DNA of 64,000 nt from Octopus vulgaris (Eukaryota): positions 27,342,001 to 27,406,000 of the forward strand of contig OX597840.1 of NCBI GenBank assembly GCA_951406725.2, written 5' to 3'. Below, piece by piece: positions 57,952 through 64,000 of the stretch; position 1 is the stretch's first letter, and every line of letters begins with the position of its first letter. The position numbers were made by a program, and so were the translations under genes. The notes below the pieces were generated by a model. The model searched no databases. It was not told the DNA's origin and was given only the letters and a program-made list of their open reading frames with translations.

Positions 57952-58974
57952 GTATATATATATATGCATACATACACATACACACAAACACACGCACACA
58001 AGTACACGGGCATACACGCACGAAACATTTTAAATTCAGGTTTTGGGTTTTGTCATGAGAACCAAGAACAAACACTACATTGTCAAAATATATATGGTCA
58101 CTGAAAGAAAAGCCAAAACAGTATTTATTGAAACACAAAGGAGAATCAATAGACTAGTGCTAATGCATACTACCAGAATTGCAACCTCTGTAAATATTTC
58201 AGGCTATAGCAACGTTGTAAATGACCCTACACTTCATTTTCTGATTTGAGTCCACTCTTTGCCCAAATTTGAAGTGAGTTTGCTGCTTCTGTTAGCTTTT
58301 CTATGTTTCTGCGTGGATCATATATAGTAATTTGCAATGTGGATTTGTAGCAAGTATGTTTCTCAGCCATGGGATTTTGAGTTCAATCCTTCTGTGCGAC
58401 ATCTTGGGAAAGTGTTTTTTTTTTGTTGTTTTTTTTTACAATAGCTCCGACCAAAGCCTTGCGAGTGCATTTAGTGGAGGGAAACAGAAAAACGAACCCC
58501 GTCTTATTTGTGTCTATATATATATATATATATTTGTAATATATATTTATGAATATATATACAAATATTAAAATGGGATTGGTATGTCTAATAGCATTAC
58601 ACCGCTGTATTTGGTGGCCATTTAAGCAATGAGTTCATGGATGAATATTGTGTCGCATGGGTGCTGATGAAGGCCAACAACTGATATATGGCATATACGG
58701 CCATTACCCATTTTTCACCTTCGATCTCATTGTTTGTTTACGTCAGGTATCTCGCACCCGAAACGTCGTAACAAAATCAGTGTTGGCTTTAATTTGTATA
58801 GAAAAATCTGTGGAGATAAGCTTAACACGTGATTTAAGTGCACTGCTAACACATTAGAACACGGTATTGGCTTATAAAATGTTTAATATATTTATAGGGT
58901 ATATTTATGCAACAATATGTTGCATAACAAAATACCTTGTATATATATATACATACATACATACATACATACAC

Positions 58975-59081
<107 letters not shown>

Positions 59082-59555
59082 AGAGGAAAAATTATAATAA
59101 GGCAGACTGCTAAATTGAAAGTAAATTTTAATAAAAAATGGGTGTATGAAAAATTAAAAAAAGAAAAAATAATAAACCAAACCGGTTTGTATGTATTTAC
59201 GAAGACACACATACATACATACGTATTTATTTGCGAATGCTGCCTAAAGACAACAACTGAATCAATATCGAAATGAAATTCTTTAGACTCTACAAATTAT
59301 CCGTCCTAACTTCTCCTCTTCATCATTTTCTCTTCCCTTTCTTGACACTACCATTATTTTCGGTTCCACAGCCATTATTATTATCATCAACATCAACGTC
59401 GTCATCATCATTATTATTGTTGTTGTTGCTGTCGGTGGTGGTGGTGGTGGTGGTGGTGGTGGTGGTGGTGTTGTTGTTGTTATTATTACTATTAATTTTA
59501 GTATCATTATCATCAGCATCAGCATCATCACCACCATCATCATCATCATCATTAC

Positions 59556-59630
<75 letters not shown>

Positions 59631-59823
59631 TATTAGTATTATTATTGTTGTTGTTGTTGTTGTCTCCGACGTCTGGGGCCCATACAACTAATACAGAAAT
59701 CCTCATCCTCATCATTCTCCTCCTCCTCATCATCATCATCATCATCTTCAACGTTCGTCATTGTTGATGTTGCTGTTACTGCTGCTGTTGATCTTCTTAT
59801 TATTATTATTCTTATTATTATTC

Positions 59824-59916
<93 letters not shown>

Positions 59917-60201
59917 ATAACAACAACAACAACAATAATAATAAAATCACTTTAAGTAGACAGTATTAACTTCTATTCCTCTTTGTACTTACTAATTTAA
60001 GGGATCACACACTCACACACACACACATATACATACACAAACACATTAACACCCACATTCACAGGCTACACACAGACACACACACACAAAACGGTCAGTC
60101 CTACTGGATCGGAACCGACCTCGGAAAATACACACACACACACACATGCACACATACACGCATACACACACAACAACAACAACAACATCTGCAATACCAA
60201 T

Positions 60202-60233
<32 letters not shown>

Positions 60234-61136
60234 GACGTATAGTTTTGTCGAAGCGAAGATCGAAAAGCCAATCTCCATAATTAGTTCAACCAATCAACAA
60301 TCCAAGCACCCGTCCCCAACCCGCTTCCACCCCCATCTATTCACCCATCCACGCCCACCCCCATCTAATCAGCCTTTCCTACTTTCTAATCTCCACTAAT
60401 TCCAAGATCAACGTTAGACAATGGATTTCGCCGGAGATTTAATTGAGGTTTAGAGCTTTGGTAGGTCGTCTTGCCAGCGGGGTGGTCACGGCGGTGGTGG
60501 CAGTGAGGGAGGGGGATGCTGATGGTGATGGGGATGGTGATGGTGGTGGTGGTAGTGGTGATGATGCTTATTGCGGTGACAGTGGAGATTATGATGATGG
60601 TGGTGGTGGTGGTGGTGACAGGGATGAGGGTGGCGATTCTATTGATGGCGGTGGTGGTAATAAAGTGGTGGTGGTGCTGGTGGTGGTGACGTTAGTGCTG
60701 GTGATGGTGGTGGAGATGGGGGTGGCGATTCTATTGATGGCGGTGGTGATGATAAAATGGTGGTGGTGGTGGTGATGGTCATGGAGGTGGTGGTGATAGT
60801 TGTGCTGATGGTGGTGGTGGTGGTGGTGGTTATGGTGGTTATGGTGGTTATGGTGGTGGTGGTGGTGGTGGTGGTGCTGATGGTTGTGGTGGTGGTGGTG
60901 GTGGTGGTGGTGGTGGTGGTGGTGGTCTTGGTGGTGGTGATGGTGTTGCGGCAGCGGCGGCGGTGGTTGCTATTATATTTTGATGTTGATGATAATGATG
61001 CTGGCCACCAGTAACAGTCGCTGTGCTAGAAATGGTTGCGACGGTGGCCACTCACTCTATTGGCCAGCGAGATGATATCACCATGTAGCCAGTCGTATTC
61101 TTACTGTCGTTGTTGCTGTCGCTATCGGCGTTGACA

Positions 61137-61651
61137 GTAGTGATGGCCACTATATGATTGTCGTGATAACCTAGTACAAGGATATGGTGGGAATATACCT
61201 TTAAACCATTTGATAACATCCTTCAAATACCAAGATAAACACTTAAGCTTTATCTCACCATAATATCATCGTTGCCGCTTGCTATATATTGTGATATCCT
61301 CATTGCAATAGTTTCTGTTGGACGGTTCCAATATACGAAGTGTAAGGGGTGAGAAGGTGTGATATTACTATTATTCCTGCTGTTGGACAATATGAATTTA
61401 CAAAGCTTGATAGTAGTGATGGCCACTATATGATTGTCGTGATAACCTAGTACAAGGATATGGCGGGAATATACCTTTAAACCATTTGATAACATCCTTC
61501 AAATACCAAGATATCATCGTTGCCGCTTGCTATATATTGTGATATCCTCATTGCAATAGTTTGTGTTGGACGGTTCCAATATACGAAGTGTAAGGGGTGA
61601 GAAGGTGTGATATTACTATTATTCCTGCTGTTGGACAATATGAATTTACAA
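61137..61651. repeat. Tandem duplication of ~265 bp unique sequence
   Basis: 61137-61403 repeated at 61413-61651 with a ~26-nt deletion. Confidence 0.9.
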
Positions 61652-61724
61652 GGCTTTAGGAATGATTATCTGGCTAATGTTTTCAGGTATTATAGTTCTG
61701 TCTGTGAGATAATATATAACCATT

Positions 61725-62305
61725 TCTACTAAAGACACGAGGCCTGAAATTTGGTGGGAGGAGACTAGTCAATTAAATCGACCCCCAACATTCAACTGGT
61801 ACTTAATTTATCGACCCCGAAAGGATGAAAGGCAAAGTCGGCCTCGGCGGAATTTGAACTCAAAGCGCAAAGACGAACGAAATACCTATTTCTTTACTAC
61901 CCTACAAGGGGCTAAACATAGAGGGGACAAACAAAGACAGACAAAGGTATTAAGTCGATTACATCGACCCCAGTGCGTAACTGGTACTTAATTTATCGAT
62001 CCCGAAAGGATGAAAGGCAAAGTCGACCTCGGCGGAATTTGAACTCAGAACGTAAAGACGAACGAAATACCTATTTCTTTATTGCCCACAAGGGACTAAA
62101 CATAGAAGGGACAAACAAGGACAGACATAGCTATTAAGTCGATTACATCGACCCTAGTGCGTAACTGGTACTTAATTTATCGACCCCGAAAGGATGAAAG
62201 GCAAAGTCGACCTCGGCGGAATTTGAACTCAGAACGTAAAGACGAACGAAATGCTGTTAAGCATTTCGTCCATCGCGCTAACGACTCTGCCAGCTCGCCG
62301 CCTTA
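61725..62305 (-). mobile_element. SINE family B tandem trimer
   Basis: Core tcgaccccgaaaggatgaaaggcaaagtcg occurs three times at ~180 bp spacing; further copies 62350-62455(-) and 62542-62770(+). Confidence 0.88.
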
Positions 62306-62779
62306 GTAATAATAAAAATTTTTTCTATTAAAAGCGCAAGACCTACAAAGCAAAGTCGACCTCGACAAAAATTTGAACTCAGAAAATATAGAGGGACGAA
62401 ATGCTACTAAGCATTTCACCCGCCGTGCTAACGATTCTGCTATCTCTCCACCTTAAGAGTTATTATATAACGGAAGAGAATCAACTGGAAGACTGCTTAA
62501 GTGCATACGAAATGCATGCCAGAAAGTTTGAGATGCTTGAAGGCGGCGAGCTGGCAGAAACGTTAGCACGCCGGGCGAAATGCATAGCCGTATTTCGTCT
62601 GCCGTTACGTTCTGAGTTCAAATTCCGCAGAGGTCGACTTTGCCTTTCATCCTTTCAGGCTCGATTAAGTAAGTACCAGTTACGCACTGGGGTCGGTGTA
62701 GCCGATTTAATCGCTTTGTCTGTCCCTGTTTGTGCCCTCTATGTTTGGCCGCCTGTTTGCAATAAAAAATAGATATATT

Positions 62780-62832
<53 letters not shown>

Positions 62833-62872
62833 GATGTATGTATGTGGAGGGGAGTATATATATATATAAGTT

Positions 62873-63468
<596 letters not shown>

Positions 63469-63539
63469 ATATATATAGTGGCTGCTTTCTCGTAGACGAG
63501 CAAAGAATCATTACTAGAAAGAATCATTGAAATGAGTGA

Positions 63540-63860
63540 CTGATAATGCAATGTAGCCGTTGAGCCCCGCGAAAGATTTGCCCATCTTATTAAATAAAGC
63601 ACGGTTGTGCTGGGGCTGGCAGAAGGGGGTCAGTGTCTTAGTACGACGTCTTTTGACACGTCTTAATAATCCCTCCAACAACTGAACGGCAAACCTTTCC
63701 ACAGATTGCGCATGTTCCGTTGACAACAATAGCTGTATCATGGTTTACAAGGGTCGATTCCTGAAGCTTATTTGAAGGCTGACCAGACCAGCATGACACA
63801 AGCGTTTCCTCCGACCAAATTACGTACATAAAATCAATAATCCTTCATTTTCTAATGGTC
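63540..63860 (-). mobile_element. Possible decayed LINE C-terminus with C2H2-like finger
   Basis: TCAICGKVCRS and KSFAGL motifs in different frames. Confidence 0.35.
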
Positions 63861-64000
63861 CATTCGTCCTAAGCTTTCTCCTGATATTTCTAGTGTTTCA
63901 TTCCCCTTATCTCTCTCTCCCTTTCTTTTCTCTCTCTCTCTCTCAAGCTTCAAGTAGCCACTGTGCACACTTTCCCTCCATCTATTTCGGTCATGTGTTT

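Overview
Eukaryotic, AT-rich DNA saturated with microsatellites. The SINE families and repeat landscape point to a coleoid cephalopod, most likely Octopus (inference). Almost all ORFs in the supplied track are microsatellite or SINE artefacts. The one real protein-coding gene is a + strand class B1 (secretin-family) GPCR of the calcitonin/CGRP/DH31-receptor type. Seven internal exons (10962-53453, 734 nt) splice in frame with canonical AG/GT sites and encode the hormone-binding domain through the start of TM5; I could not find the 5' or 3' exons in this window. The introns and flanks hold four tRNA-derived SINE families, R4/Dong-like LINE pieces sitting in (TAA)n, RTE LINE pieces, Tc1/mariner relics and MITEs, non-autonomous Helitrons (one head-to-tail pair) and a 16-bp minisatellite. 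The most interesting signal is about ten minimal type-I hammerhead-ribozyme folds in (TA)n-associated short repeats (Penelope-like or retrozyme-like). They include natural core variants (G3-C8, U3-A8, U4C, A6U) and nearly all lie antisense to the GPCR pre-mRNA. All folds and alignments were made by eye.
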